DNA from: Paraphysomonas bandaiensis | Taxonomy: Eukaryota > Protista > Chrysophyceae | Assembly: GCA_965644295.1 (NCBI GenBank) | Contig: CBFFRP010000052.1 | Coordinates: forward strand, 21,721-85,720 | Length of the DNA stretch: 64,000 nt | Direction of reading: 5' to 3' | Shown here: positions 12,384 through 24,403 of the stretch, piece by piece | Numbering within the stretch: position 1 is the stretch's first letter | Layout of the letters: the number at the start of each line of letters is the position of its first letter | Notes under the pieces: generated by a model | What the model saw: only the letters and a program-made list of their open reading frames with translations | Database searches by the model: none | What the model was told of the DNA's origin: nothing | Position numbers and translations under genes: made by a program

Positions 12384-14456
12384 TCACAAACGGTTAATAA
12401 CTGATGGGTCAGTAGGGCTCTTATAACTACTCACAACATAAAGATCTCCATAATTGGTAGATGATAGAGGAAGCTTAACGGCTTTCTCCAGCATATGGGC
12501 TTCTGTCTTGGGCCGTTCACGGCCTCCCAATTTTCTGGAATGATTGGGAGACATTATATGTTTGCTGTACGGAACAGGAGTACAGTCTGGGTTCCCATCT
12601 AATACTGCTGGTACAGTTTTGAGAGCCCTTGGTGGCTTGCGACTGCCCACAACCACTTGGCCTAGATGACGAGGAGAGATTTGTTTTCTCGTTTTCAAGG
12701 AATTTCTCCGCTTACTTGACCCAGAGCTGCACGACAATGAGTCAGCAATGGAATCAAATGTCTTGTCATGTGCTGCCAAATCCAGTAGTTCCTCGTCTGT
12801 GAGAACTTTATCCGGCTGTACAGATTGCAAATTTCCACTCGCTGCCAGTTCCGTTTTAATGGCATTCATGAAATACGCTGTCGGCGGAGAGCATGGACGG
12901 CTATCGCTAATTTCCATGCTGCATACACTCTGATGCTGGCCCTGCCCTATTAGCACACCTGGGGAACTTGACCTCTCTGAGTTTGTTGGAGCAGTACTGA
13001 CAACCTTGTGCCATATATCCTTCGCTTTCGAAGGGCTAGTTGAAGTAAAGCTTCGAACAAACGGCAAATCAGTCTTTACAGGTCGGAATCCGGCTGCCCT
13101 GGACACCACTGGATATTGCCCCGGGGTGGCCACAGTAAAAGGGTCACAAGAGTGTTTCGTTGATCCCAGGGCACCTAAGCCGCGTTTTTTTGGAGAATTG
13201 GAACGGGGGCAAGATTGGGTTATTTTTTTGAACCGGGAAACGTCGTCCATGGACACAGAGCCGGGGCGCTCACTTCCGTCGCACTCGAATACACTAGCAT
13301 TGAACTGAAATACTCCGGTTTCGCCAGTTCTCCCCATGTTAATCTCCGTTAACTCGGAGTTCGGCAGTACGCCAGACATATTAGCCACAGACTTGTTAGA
13401 ACGTTGCAAGGGAAGAGTGTCACCAATATAGGCAAGAACAGCATCAACAGTCATGGAACAGCCTTTGAATCTCTCAATAAAACATTCAATGGTGTGATCA
13501 TCAATAACTCGCATAATATCTCGTATCTGAGGATCATTTTTCTCTTTTAAGCGTTCGAAGAGTTTCTGCATATACACAGTTAGAATTAACCGTTATTAAA
13601 CTACCACCTATGCAACTACAAACTCGCAATCGAGTATGAGCACAGCTATGCCTTCCACTCACCTGACGGAAGGCGTTAACCTTCCTCCTATACTGAATTT
13701 CCTTGCGTCGAGAGCTGGAGTATTCCTCATTATGCTCCCTCACCGTATCACGAAGGCTTTTCACTTGGGCGATATTTTTCTTTATCATTTCCCTGTGCAC
13801 ACAACTAGTGAGTATTCCACATACTAATAAAAATAAAATTGTGCACACATGCATCGGCATTTGTTACTCGGATGGCAATACAGAATCATACAGTTCATTT
13901 ACGTTTTGCTTTGTGCGACTGTCTCGCGGTGAGAGGTTAGGTTGGCGTCTTTTTCAGCTTTTAATGTTCCCAAAGAATCTGCACGCGGGACATGTACCTC
14001 CACTGCAGGTACAGTCTTCGTGCCAAAGCGATACTCAGATGTGCCTTTACCTAACTTTTTACAGCGCTCAATTTCCTTTCGTCTCTTACTATTAACCTCA
14101 GGCTCGAGAAGATAAGCGGGGGTGCTTACAACGCCCAGTGAAACAGGCTTAAACTTATGTCTTTGCAAGTTTCCGTCCGCTCTTGCCTTCATGACTGCGC
14201 GGGGCACATGATTAGCGTTCATAGTCTCATTACTGCTTGAAACGGAATACTCTCCTTTCAACACAGCAGTGGCAATTCTTTCCTTCTGAGCAGCGCTTAA
14301 TCCTCTTTCATCGAAAGAACTCTTCAAGGCCTCTCTGACAGCTCCGTCAAACACATCACTAGCAGCTCGCTCTGATGTCGGCCGATCTCTCAGTTTATTT
14401 CTGGACTCTTTCCTGAGAATGTCTTTCACAATGAACTGCGGCAAACTCTCTTCCAT
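12384..14456 (-). CDS. Uncharacterised multi-exon protein (coiled-coil plus low-complexity, basic)
   Basis: ATG at 14456 (MEESLPQ); ORFs 13899-14525, 13534-13860 and 12384-13577 on the same strand, linked by GT-AG introns. Confidence 0.7.
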
Positions 14457-14617
14457 GGCGACTCCTCTCACTCTGTGTGTGTGTTGATATATATATACGG
14501 GGGACTGACAGACACAGCAGATCACTGCATACGAGCCGACTGTCTGAAAGGTTCAGCTGTACGCTGATGGGCGACGGCTGGTATTTATAGTTTGGAGAGT
14601 GACTGAACTGTGAGGAT

Positions 14618-14707
14618 AAGGTGAGGTGAGGTGAGGTGACAGACTGGACCTGGAGCGGAGTGGAGTGCAGTGGACCTCGACATGTGCTGTATGTATGTAT
14701 GTATGTA
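14618..14707. repeat. Short microsatellites (GGTGA)n and (TATG)5 in a head-to-head intergenic region
   Basis: Directly visible. Confidence 0.8.
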
Positions 14708-15010
14708 CTATGATGCTCTGTTGGGACTGCTGTGATATAACTGCACTGTGTATAGAACTACAGGGAGTATACCGCTGTATATGGACTAGTTCCCACACGT
14801 ATAGCAGATGTACAGCACTTCCGGTTCGTTACGACTCTCAGGTCAGGTGTGTACCATACGTACATACGTATACATATATACGTACTCGGTAGTGTCACAT
14901 GTTCCAGAGGTGTGGAAACTTCGATATCAGCATATTGTATTCTACACAGTATATATGATGTATTTTGACCAAATTTTGGTGAACGTATCGGCAGTCAGCA
15001 TGTTATTTTT

Positions 15011-15132
15011 CGGAAATAAATTGAAGCATATATTCTCTATATTACTGCAATACAACTACGGCAGAAATTCAGATAATTGTTATCTCAATATTAGAGGCAT
15101 CTTGGAACAAAAATATACAAAGGAGGCCGATA
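15011..15132 (+). repeat. About 120-bp dispersed repeat, also at 55135-55256
   Basis: Near-identical AAATAAATTGAAGCA...CAAAGGAGGCCGATA at both sites. Confidence 0.9.
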
Positions 15133-15417
15133 GACCTGCGCATACACCATACCATACTACATCATCACTGTACACCGCTATACGCACTGCAGGAGTTCGT
15201 GTATATACGATATACTGTACTGCACTGCACTGCACTGCACCTGTAGAGGTCAGAGGAGTGTAACAGAACTCCATGTGAAGGGCCTCGATACACACATATG
15301 CTGTACACAAGCCACCCGATACCTGACTATCCCACCAGATGATCTGGTCTGGTTCTGCTCACTGCTCCTTACGCGTTGGTTCATAGTCTCCTCTGACGCT
15401 CTCATCAGTTGATAAGC

Positions 15418-18400
15418 ATGTTTTTCAGTCGCATTAACGCGGCTGTTAAATTCAGCGCCGAGCAAGATAAAGCTGAGAATGAAGTCGACAAAAAGGAAAA
15501 GAAGGATCAGTTCACTGCCTCTATTATGAAGGAGGTGAAAGAGAAGGAGCGGATGTTGAAGCATATCAGGGTATGGCCGTTATACTATTGCACGAAGTTT
15601 GATGATTTGACGTTAACAGAATTTGGATCCGACTAACCGCCCTTTTCCTATCAAGCAATATATCATGCTGTGTCGCCGTGCTGAAGACATTGTACAGACT
15701 GAAACTTTTAATAACGCCATATTTATTTGTATATTGATGGCCGGAATATTGGTGGGGGCACAAACTTATCCAAGCATGGAGAACAATACCATCATTAATG
15801 TGCTGGACAAACTTATATTAGCCGCCTTCTCGGTGGAAATACTGCTGAAAGTTATGAGTGAAGGCATGAATGCCATCAATTACTGGACTGGTCAAGAATG
15901 GCATTGGAATAATTTTGATTTTCTAATTGTAGTTTTCTCGATGCCCTTTATACCTGTAGGAAATGGCCAAGTTGCATTCCTTCGTTTGATTCGTCTGATG
16001 CGACTAGCGAAGGTATTCCGCAAAGTTCCCCAGTTACGAATGATCATGACTGGTCTCATGGGAGGTCTCAAGTCAATCGTATACATCGTAATTCTTCTGT
16101 TATTGGTGTTTTATCTATATGCTATTGCTGGCATTTTCTTTTTTCGCAAGAATGATCCCTGGCATTTCCGTTCTTTGGCAATTAGTTTAACGTCCCTCTT
16201 TCGATTGTCCACTTTATCGGTAAGTGCTTTCGGTAAATGTGTTGCCAAAAACTTGATAAGAATATCTAATCAATAATTGTGCAGAACTGGGCGGGCATGT
16301 TTTACATCAACTACTATGGATGTGCACACTACTCCGATGGTTTGTATGTGTACTCAGAGGACGAAGTGGAGTCTGATCAGCTAGGTGCGCCTTTACTCTG
16401 TGACAATAAGGCCAGACCCGCTTTGACCATGGTCTACTTTGTGTCGTTCATATTTATTTGTTCATTCAGTATGCTTTCGCTCTTTGTCGGTGCGATTACT
16501 GTGAGCATGTCTGAGAGCATGAACACCATGAAGGAAGAAAAGCAGAAACTAAAGAAGCTTCTTCGACTTAAACAAGCAGAACGCACTCTCGATGATAAAA
16601 CGAACAAAGATAAGCGCGGTCGCCGTTCGTGGGCTCTGGTCGAGATGGCATTCAGCCATGGAAAAGTTGAAATCATATCGGAAGATAATTCACAGGATCA
16701 CAAAATAATTCAGTTTTATAAGTGGCTTTCAAGGAAATGTGAAAAACTTGCAGATACAGCTATGTTTCAAAATTTCATAACTTTTGTAATTGTCATGGCT
16801 GGAGTTCAAGTGGGCCTTAGCACAGATAATGCTATCGAGAACGCGATACACCATGAACTCGTTATTCTCGACACGATTATTCGGTATATATTTACGATTG
16901 AAGTTGCTGTTAAGCTCATTGCAGAAGAACTTACCCCATGGGTCTATTTCAACAACAATTGGAATACCTTTGACTTTATTGTAGTTGTGGGATCATATGT
17001 ATCTGGTGGTGGATCGATCATCGTCATGCTTCGCTTATTGCGTCTTCTACGTGTGTTGAAGCTGATGCGTATGCTTCCTCAACTTCAAGTTATAGTATCG
17101 GCATTGATGTCCGGGTTCAGCTCCATCACATTTATATCAGTAATTCTCCTACTGTTTTTCTACTTCTTTGGAATAATCGCAATGATTTTATTCTCGCAGA
17201 ACGATCCATGGCACTTTGGTACCCTTCATATGACAATGATTACCCTGTTTCAGTGCTCAACATTGGACAACTGGACGGATATCCTTTACATAAACTTATA
17301 TGGATGCGATGTTATTGGATACGATGACTTCTCCCATTTATGCGAAAATCCCAATCCAATGTTTCTCATTACTTCTTTGTATTTTGTTGTATTCATTTTG
17401 ATGGGAGCCTTAGTGCTGCTGACACTATTCATCGGTGTGGTCGCCACAAGCATGGAGGAAGCCACTGAAGATCAGAAACAGGCTGAGTCCGTTGATGGGC
17501 GAGTAGCGACAATAGCCGAAGAACATGATCTAGATGCGCATACAGTTTTGTTATATAGAGAAGTATTCAATGCCATCGATCTGAATGGTGGAGGTGTGAT
17601 AGATTCGAACGAATTAAGACTGGGTATGAAGGCAGCTGGGCGAAATGATGTCACTGATAAACAGTTTCAAAAACTATGGAGATCTGTTGACAAAGACGGT
17701 TCTGGTGGAATTGACTTTGCGGAGTTTTTGTCGTTTATGATGGCACTACGCAACACTCACGCTGAAAAAATAGAAGATAGACTGCAGAATAATGAGGAAG
17801 ATGTCAGTTCTAGAGTTGCAGCAAACACTAATATGATAGCTGAACAGCTCTACAACTGTGCAACCGGTATAGGGCCACTTGATACCTCTGTGAAGATGGT
17901 GGAGTTGTTAAAGCGAACTTCCACTGGTCGGCCAAGTTCAGCCCCTCGTATCTTGAACCGTGAATACTCATCAGAAAGTCCTCAGAACTCTTGTAAAATG
18001 CAGGGTGAACCTGTACAACCACGGCGCTCTATGTCATTACTTCGTGATAACAGTGCGCGTAAAATACATCCCGTAAATTCTTCTCCACCGCCTACAAGTA
18101 CCTTCCCGGGGGAGGATTGTATTTCGTATTTTGACGAAGGTAAAGACATTTCGGACTGTCAAAGACCTTTGGGAAGGAGATCATATGACTACATACCTGT
18201 GGGGGCTACAGGTAATTCTTCTACTTCACAGGATGAATTAACCCCGACACCTGGTGTACTTGACACAATGCCTGTGCCAGTTGATTCTGCAACCATGCAG
18301 GCTGCAGATGGAGTGGATGATAGTCACGTTTTGAACCCGAATCAAAATATATCGGATGAAATAGTCAAGCCGGCAGGAGCATTGGTAACTACGAAGAACC

Positions 18401-18681
18401 ATCTCCCAGATTCCGTCCAACTGCATATACAACCTCGGAGTCCGGGTATTACCTCGAAGAGCAATCCAAGCTCAATGGCCACCACTCACGTGAACAAGGT
18501 TGCCGATTTCCCTTCAACCTTGAACACTGCTATTCAAGATGATAGAGATGACGAAGTTTCTATGGAGAGCTACGGTGATGCAAGCAAGGGAGTATCATAC
18601 AACTCCTCGAGAAATAATGCTGGTCCATCATCCCGTCGTGTTAAGACGAAAAAAGTGGTTTCAAAAGTCTGTTTTGTGTGA
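15418..18681 (+). CDS. Two-repeat (2x6TM) voltage-gated cation channel with two C-terminal EF-hands, about 1049 aa; introns 15571-15619 and 16220-16284
   Basis: S4 segments FLRLIRLMRLAKVFR and MLRLLRLLRVLKLMR; pore loops NDPWHF...STLSNWAG and NDPWHF...STLDNWTD; EF loops DLNGGGVIDSNE and DKDGSGGIDFAE; both introns are phase 0 and restore the frame. Confidence 0.92.
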
Positions 18682-19018
18682 ATGACCGCGAATCGATATT
18701 TTTATATTACTTTTGTCATGTCTTCGTTATATCTTACTATTAGTACAGTATAGTAAATAAAAAGTGTTACCATATTCGTGAATATCAGAGTATTTTCAGT
18801 TACTATTTATTTGTGACATGACTTTAGTTGTGCCAATAGTAAACATGGCATGTGTGGTACAGTACATACAAGAGCATTCTACCGATATTTATTACGGCTG
18901 GAATTTAAATTCTGTTGTTCTTCGTTTCATTTCATCATTCATACTTGGTCAATTTTCGGGAAGGTAGAGCATTCGGCTGTGGTATTATATACCCTATAAC
19001 GTTATTATTTATTATATA

Positions 19019-19295
19019 TGTTGAGTTCTGCATTCTGCAGTATGATGCGATATAGATTGTGCTATTGAAGTGAGTTTATAATGTGAATTAGGTGAAATCA
19101 AATCATAGGCGTAACGGGTGATAGTTACAAAGGAAGTAAATTCAGTTACTGATAAGTTACTATATAAGATATAGAACTGACTGGTGAACATATGATAAAC
19201 AGATGTTGCTGAAAACAGATGTTAACCAAATGTTACATGAATATGTTTAGATATATAATTATAATTTCTTATTTGAAAGTGCATTGTGTTCAACA
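19019..19295 (+). mobile_element. Solo-LTR-like element, TGTTG...CAACA, 277 bp
   Basis: TG...CA ends with short inverted termini; homologous copies elsewhere in the window; no TSD seen. Confidence 0.6.
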
Positions 19296-19348
19296 AGCGA
19301 GATTAAGGTTTAAGTGTAGAGCAAATTCAACTTCGGGAAATACTATTT

Positions 19349-19455
19349 AACCTAGTCAAATTGGTTGACAAACCTAGTCACACTATTTTTGGTGGAATAA
19401 CCTAGTCGAAGTAACAAATGACTCAACCTAGTCAATTTTGGTATTCAACCTAGTC
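19349..19455 (+). repeat. Five spaced copies of AACCTAGTC (start-to-start 22, 28, 26, 22 bp)
   Basis: Copies at 19349, 19371, 19399, 19425 and 19447. Confidence 0.85.
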
Positions 19456-20216
19456 GTTCTTGTATCCATTGATTACACACTGTGACTGTCTATGATACTA
19501 TCTCACACCACACAATATATTAGTGGCTTACAGAGCATCAAAGCGAACACTTAAACATAACAATAAGCTTATATATATACATCTCTACCTAACACAGTAT
19601 TATTAGTCATACTGTATCTTTAATCGTCATGATACTATATAGTATTTTTGACTTCGTATTACAGTTTTTCACATTGTATTTAATGTATTCTACAGTTCTA
19701 TCTTAGGGAAACATAAGTAATCCAATAAGCAATATGCTATATAGACTATATAGGGTTATATCTTGTTAAGAAGAGTCAAAAGTATCGTAAAGTCGATAAA
19801 AAACTACAACAAAACTTTAATTAATTGAGTGCTACCACGTTGCATAGCAATACATTAAAACATTTGTAGCAGCACACCCTCCCAAAGTAGAAGCTGGCCA
19901 CAGAAATATAACTATTAACAAACGAGGGACTTCAGATGTAACGACGCCAGAATATACAACGAATATACTCTGGTGATGTGGAGCTAACCGCTCGATTCTT
20001 ACATGGGAGCTCCTCCTTATAAATCTTGCGCTCTTCCTCTCTGGTCCATAACTCTCGCCATGACCACTTCATGCAACAGTCGAACACTAACCCCAGCTAC
20101 CCTTAAACCCTCTCTAACATCACTTCAACCATTCATTCCCTGAGGAAGTGTCACCCGATTGGTGGAATAGCCTGACATTCTTAGTATTGCTCACCTACTG
20201 CTGTAGCTATCTTTCC

Positions 20217-20990
20217 TATGTATGTATTATGTATGTATGTATGTATGTATGTATGTATTATGTATGTATGTATGTATGTATGTATGTATGTATGTATGTA
20301 TGTATGTATGTATGTATGTATGTATGTATGTATGTATGTATGTATGTATGTATGTATGTATGTATGTATGTATGTATGTATGTATGTATGTATGTATGTA
20401 TGTATGTATGTATGTATGTATGTATGTATGTATGTATGTATGTATGTATGTATGTATGTATGTATGTATGTATGTATGTATGTATGTATGTATGTATGTA
20501 TGTATGTATGTATGTATGTATGTATGTATGTATGTATGTATGTATGTATGTATGTATGTATGTATGTATGTATGTATGTATGTATCTATGTATGTATGTA
20601 TGTATGTATGTATGTTGTATGTATGTATGTATGTATGTATGTATGTATGTATGTATGTATGTATGTATGTATGTATGTATGTATGTATGTATGTATGTAT
20701 GTATGTTGTATGTATGTATGTATGTATGTATGTATGTATGTATGTATGTATGTATGTATGTATGTATGTATGTATGTATGTATGTATGTATGTATGTATG
20801 TATGTATGTATGTATGTATGTATGTATGTATGTATGTATGTATGTATGTATGTATGTATGTATGTATGTATGTATGTATGTGTATGTATGTATGTATGTA
20901 TGTATGTATGTATGTATGTATGTATGTATGTATGTATGTATGTATGTATGTATGTATGTATGTATGTATGTATGTATGTATGTATGTATG
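20217..20990 (+). repeat. (TATG)n microsatellite array, about 770 bp
   Basis: Directly visible. Confidence 0.99.
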
Positions 20991-21153
20991 CTTCAGATCT
21001 GCCTGGTATTAAGAGGAATCAACTGCAACTACTATTAGCCTATCAATGAATGAACGAGGTTTCTTATCAGAGTAATTGTTATCGTAGTTGTGTATTGGAT
21101 CACGTATCTTTTTATTAATATCATATTGTTATTGGTGTTATTGGTGGTGGGAA

Positions 21154-22778
21154 ATGAAGAGGTCGAGTGTAGGAGGTGATGCTATCAGACGACAGCGCAG
21201 GGCATTCTATCGTGACCCAATGGCCATTCTATTCATGATATTTGCTGTATTTGCGATGTAAAGATGTATAAGTGTTTTATTGTGAAGTATTAACCGTTTC
21301 ATGCACAGACTTACAGTGTACATATATCTGTCCACTTCTCTTGAAGGTAGCGACAAAGTGATAAACTTCTTTCACGAAGCCGCAGCGCAAGGAAAGCCCA
21401 ATATTCTAATGCCACCAGAAAATAACTCAACTCCAATACAACTGCAGCCAAGCTTAGTTCAATCTGGGCCGGGGCTGGAGGTGTTAAAGTTGAAGGGTGG
21501 CTCAGGAACCCGCTTAAATCGAGAAACCATGAGACAGGAACTTGGAGCATTTGCACGAAATTTTAATTCGTCTAGGGTTGAGGTACATATTATTTTTATG
21601 ACTTATATGCATACAGTATGAATCTCACACACTATGTCTATTGTGGCTCACATCTGTAAATGTCATTGACTGCTCTCACTGGTGCTACGCCCTGCTCGTA
21701 GGACATATATTGTCCTGATACCCCACCAGCAGACTACCCCAAGACATATCCAATGAAAGCCTTACTGGACAATTGGAATACCGATGATACGGACATCCCG
21801 CCTTTCCACTACAACTCCCTGTGCTACTTTGATTATCAGACGGAGTACAGTAAGGCTTTGGCGTACAGAAATGCTGAGCTGCCGTTTGTAATTCGCAACA
21901 TACCTGAAGTAGATGAGGTGGTCAGGCGCTGGAGTGATTTAAACTACCTCAACAACCTTTTAGGGCCAGATAAGAAGTATACGACAACAATATCCAAAGA
22001 CAATCATTTCATGTACTATAGAAAAGCAGGAAAAAATAGTCATCAGTTTAAGGATCAATACGGGAAGCCGTGGACGAAACCGACTGATAAGACATCGCTG
22101 ACATTTAAGGAATGGCTGGCCTTGGCAGTAGAAAATCATAATAGAACTCTTGATCAAAGGCACCACTACTATTTCAGAGTTAGTGGTGAAAATCCAGGTC
22201 ATTTTATATACAAGGAACTGCCTTTCTTCAATCCCAAAGAGAGCTTCTTTATTGTGAAACCGTCAGGACAACGTGGAATACACTGTAGGTAATATATTGA
22301 TTGTGTGACATAGAAGCACGCGTTATGTATTCACTCCAGTGCTTTGCATCGGACACCTGATGTTGTCACTATTATATTGCGTGATAAGTGTGTGCTGAAC
22401 AGGTTCGGAATGAGAAGTGTAATATCCGAGAATCACTATGACGGTAGTCGGAATTTTGCTGCTACGTTCAGTGGTCTACGTCGTTGGATTTTAAACCATC
22501 CCGATCAGTGTGACAATTTGTATCTTTTCAAATCCAATCATCCATCCGCTAGACATAGCTCCATTGACTGGTCTCAACCGGACTACGAGACTCACGAGCG
22601 ATTCGCCACTGCTAGAAGCAATGAACTAATAGTTAAGCCAGGAGATGTGGTATATCTCCCGACGAATTGGTTTCATTACATTATATCGCTCAATATCAAC
22701 ATTCAATGTAACACTCGTTCAGGGCGCACCTCCCAGTATGATAAGTATATTAGTGACGAAATGTGTCGTACGTATTAG
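21154..22778 (+). CDS. Type II membrane-anchored JmjC/cupin-like 2-oxoglutarate/Fe(II) oxygenase; introns 21258-21308, 21583-21701 and 22289-22402
   Basis: Spliced N-terminus MKRSSVGGDAIRRQRRAFYRDPMAILFMIFAVFAILTVYIYL; HYD...H metal triad (ENHYDGSRN...PGDVVYLPTNWFHYI). Confidence 0.85.
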
Positions 22779-22963
22779 GAATATATATGATTTGTAAAAA
22801 TGATACATTTACTACGTAATACAGAGTCTTTGTGACAACGTGTCGTTTAATATCCAGTAATGATATTTCAAGAAAGGAGTTTTTATCACAATCGTAGGTG
22901 TTTTTTTTAAGGCAACTAGCAGAGAGTGCGCACAACAAGCTTACGAAAATCAAACAACTACTG

Positions 22964-24256
22964 CAGGGCGCCTGGTAACCATTAATGACAATTATAATGG
23001 CATTAATGAAAAATGATTCATGTGTTTCTACGCTCAGGTGGGTGTCATTGTGATTGCTGTCGGATGAGAGCAAACTGGCATTATTAAACGTCTTTAGATA
23101 TTTCATCAAGGAATGCCAGTTTGCTCGCTCAGTTTCAGAAAACAAACATAAAGTCCTGACTCGGTGGTTCTGAGATTCACTCAGAAGAAGACTCTATTAA
23201 TTACACCGTCATCAACGTTTTTGGCCATCATCATTGCTTAATATAAGGTATTATTACAGAGTATAATTACTTTGTCTAGTTGTGTACTGCAGCTCCTTTC
23301 AACTTTTGGGGAAAGGATAGTTTTATGAATGTTTTCGAGGTGAAGTAAGCATATTTTTAATGCTTTTTTAGAGTTTTTGAGTATGAGTACGTTATTATGT
23401 TGTTGCTCAGGAAACTATTTTCTAATCCTTATAGCAATAAGTTTGCCACTGATAATGAACAGAGTTTCTACATAGTAGCTGTAGAGTTGCATGAACATTG
23501 TTTAGATTTCACTTAGTTCTAATATATCAAGAACCAGTACATTCCATTATGTTGAGTTTTGCTGTTGGGGCAATTAAAAGCTGTAATTCTACCCTTCAGT
23601 TATATCTCCTGGTTTGAAGATTCAATGTACAGCTTTGAATTGAGAGGGAGTGTTGAGTTCTGCTGATGGGGCAAATAAAAGCTGTAATTCTAAGGTATTG
23701 GAATTATGACCGTTAGTCGAAGAACAGTAGTGGTAAACAGTATTATGAGAACTAACAACATGATGGCTACTGTAGTAATGAAACTGAGTATAATATAATA
23801 GTGATCATACAAGATAGTGACGATGTAAGATCGTACGAGAAATGATTTACTAAGTTAACTGGACGTGTATTCACTCATTAATCTTATTATAAAAGTATAA
23901 TCAATATCTCTTCTCATTCATCAATTTCATGTTATCTCTACGACCAATCATTTCTCGTACGATCTTACATCGTCACTATCTTGTATGATCACTATTATAT
24001 TATACTCAGTTTCATTACTACAGTAGCCATCATGTTGTTAGTTCTCATAATACTGTTAACCACTACTGTATTCTTCGACTAACGGTCATAATTCCAATAC
24101 TTAGAATTACAGCTTTTAATTGCTCCAACAGCAGAACTCAACACATTAATGGTAGTAGTCCAGTTCCCGGCAATTGTAGTATGGCATTAATGAAAAATGT
24201 CCCATTATAATGGCGTTACCAGTAATGCCATTACCATTAACAGTTACCAGGCCCTG
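22964..24256. mobile_element. Non-autonomous hAT-like DNA transposon
   Basis: TIRs CAGGGC(GC)CTGGTAAC / GTTACCAGGCCCTG; perfect 8-bp TSD AACTACTG at 22956-22963 and 24257-24264. Confidence 0.88.
23550..24143. mobile_element. Nested TG...CA foldback insertion with about 197-bp inverted arms
   Basis: TGTTGAG...CTCAACA ends; 5-bp TSD CATTA (23545-23549, 24144-24148); arms 23651-23847 and 23946-24143 are near-perfect inverted copies. Confidence 0.85.
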
Positions 24257-24403
24257 AACTACTGTAGTAGATAACAATAAAACACTCCTATTTACGTTAA
24301 TTACAAGTTTTACTCTGATATCCTGCTAGCACTAAAACGATACAGTCAACAGGAAAACACAAGACTCAAGCGGGTTAGATTTATCATACACATTTTCACA
24401 ACT

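Noticed and set aside
19349-19455. CRISPR-like repeat-spacer array
   Set aside because: Repeat is only 9 bp, spacers are 13-19 bp, the context is eukaryotic and there are no cas genes
20148-21049. MYVC/HTYI ORFs here and at 26.9, 55.2 and 60.3 kb
   Set aside because: Stop-free translation of (TATG)n; not genes
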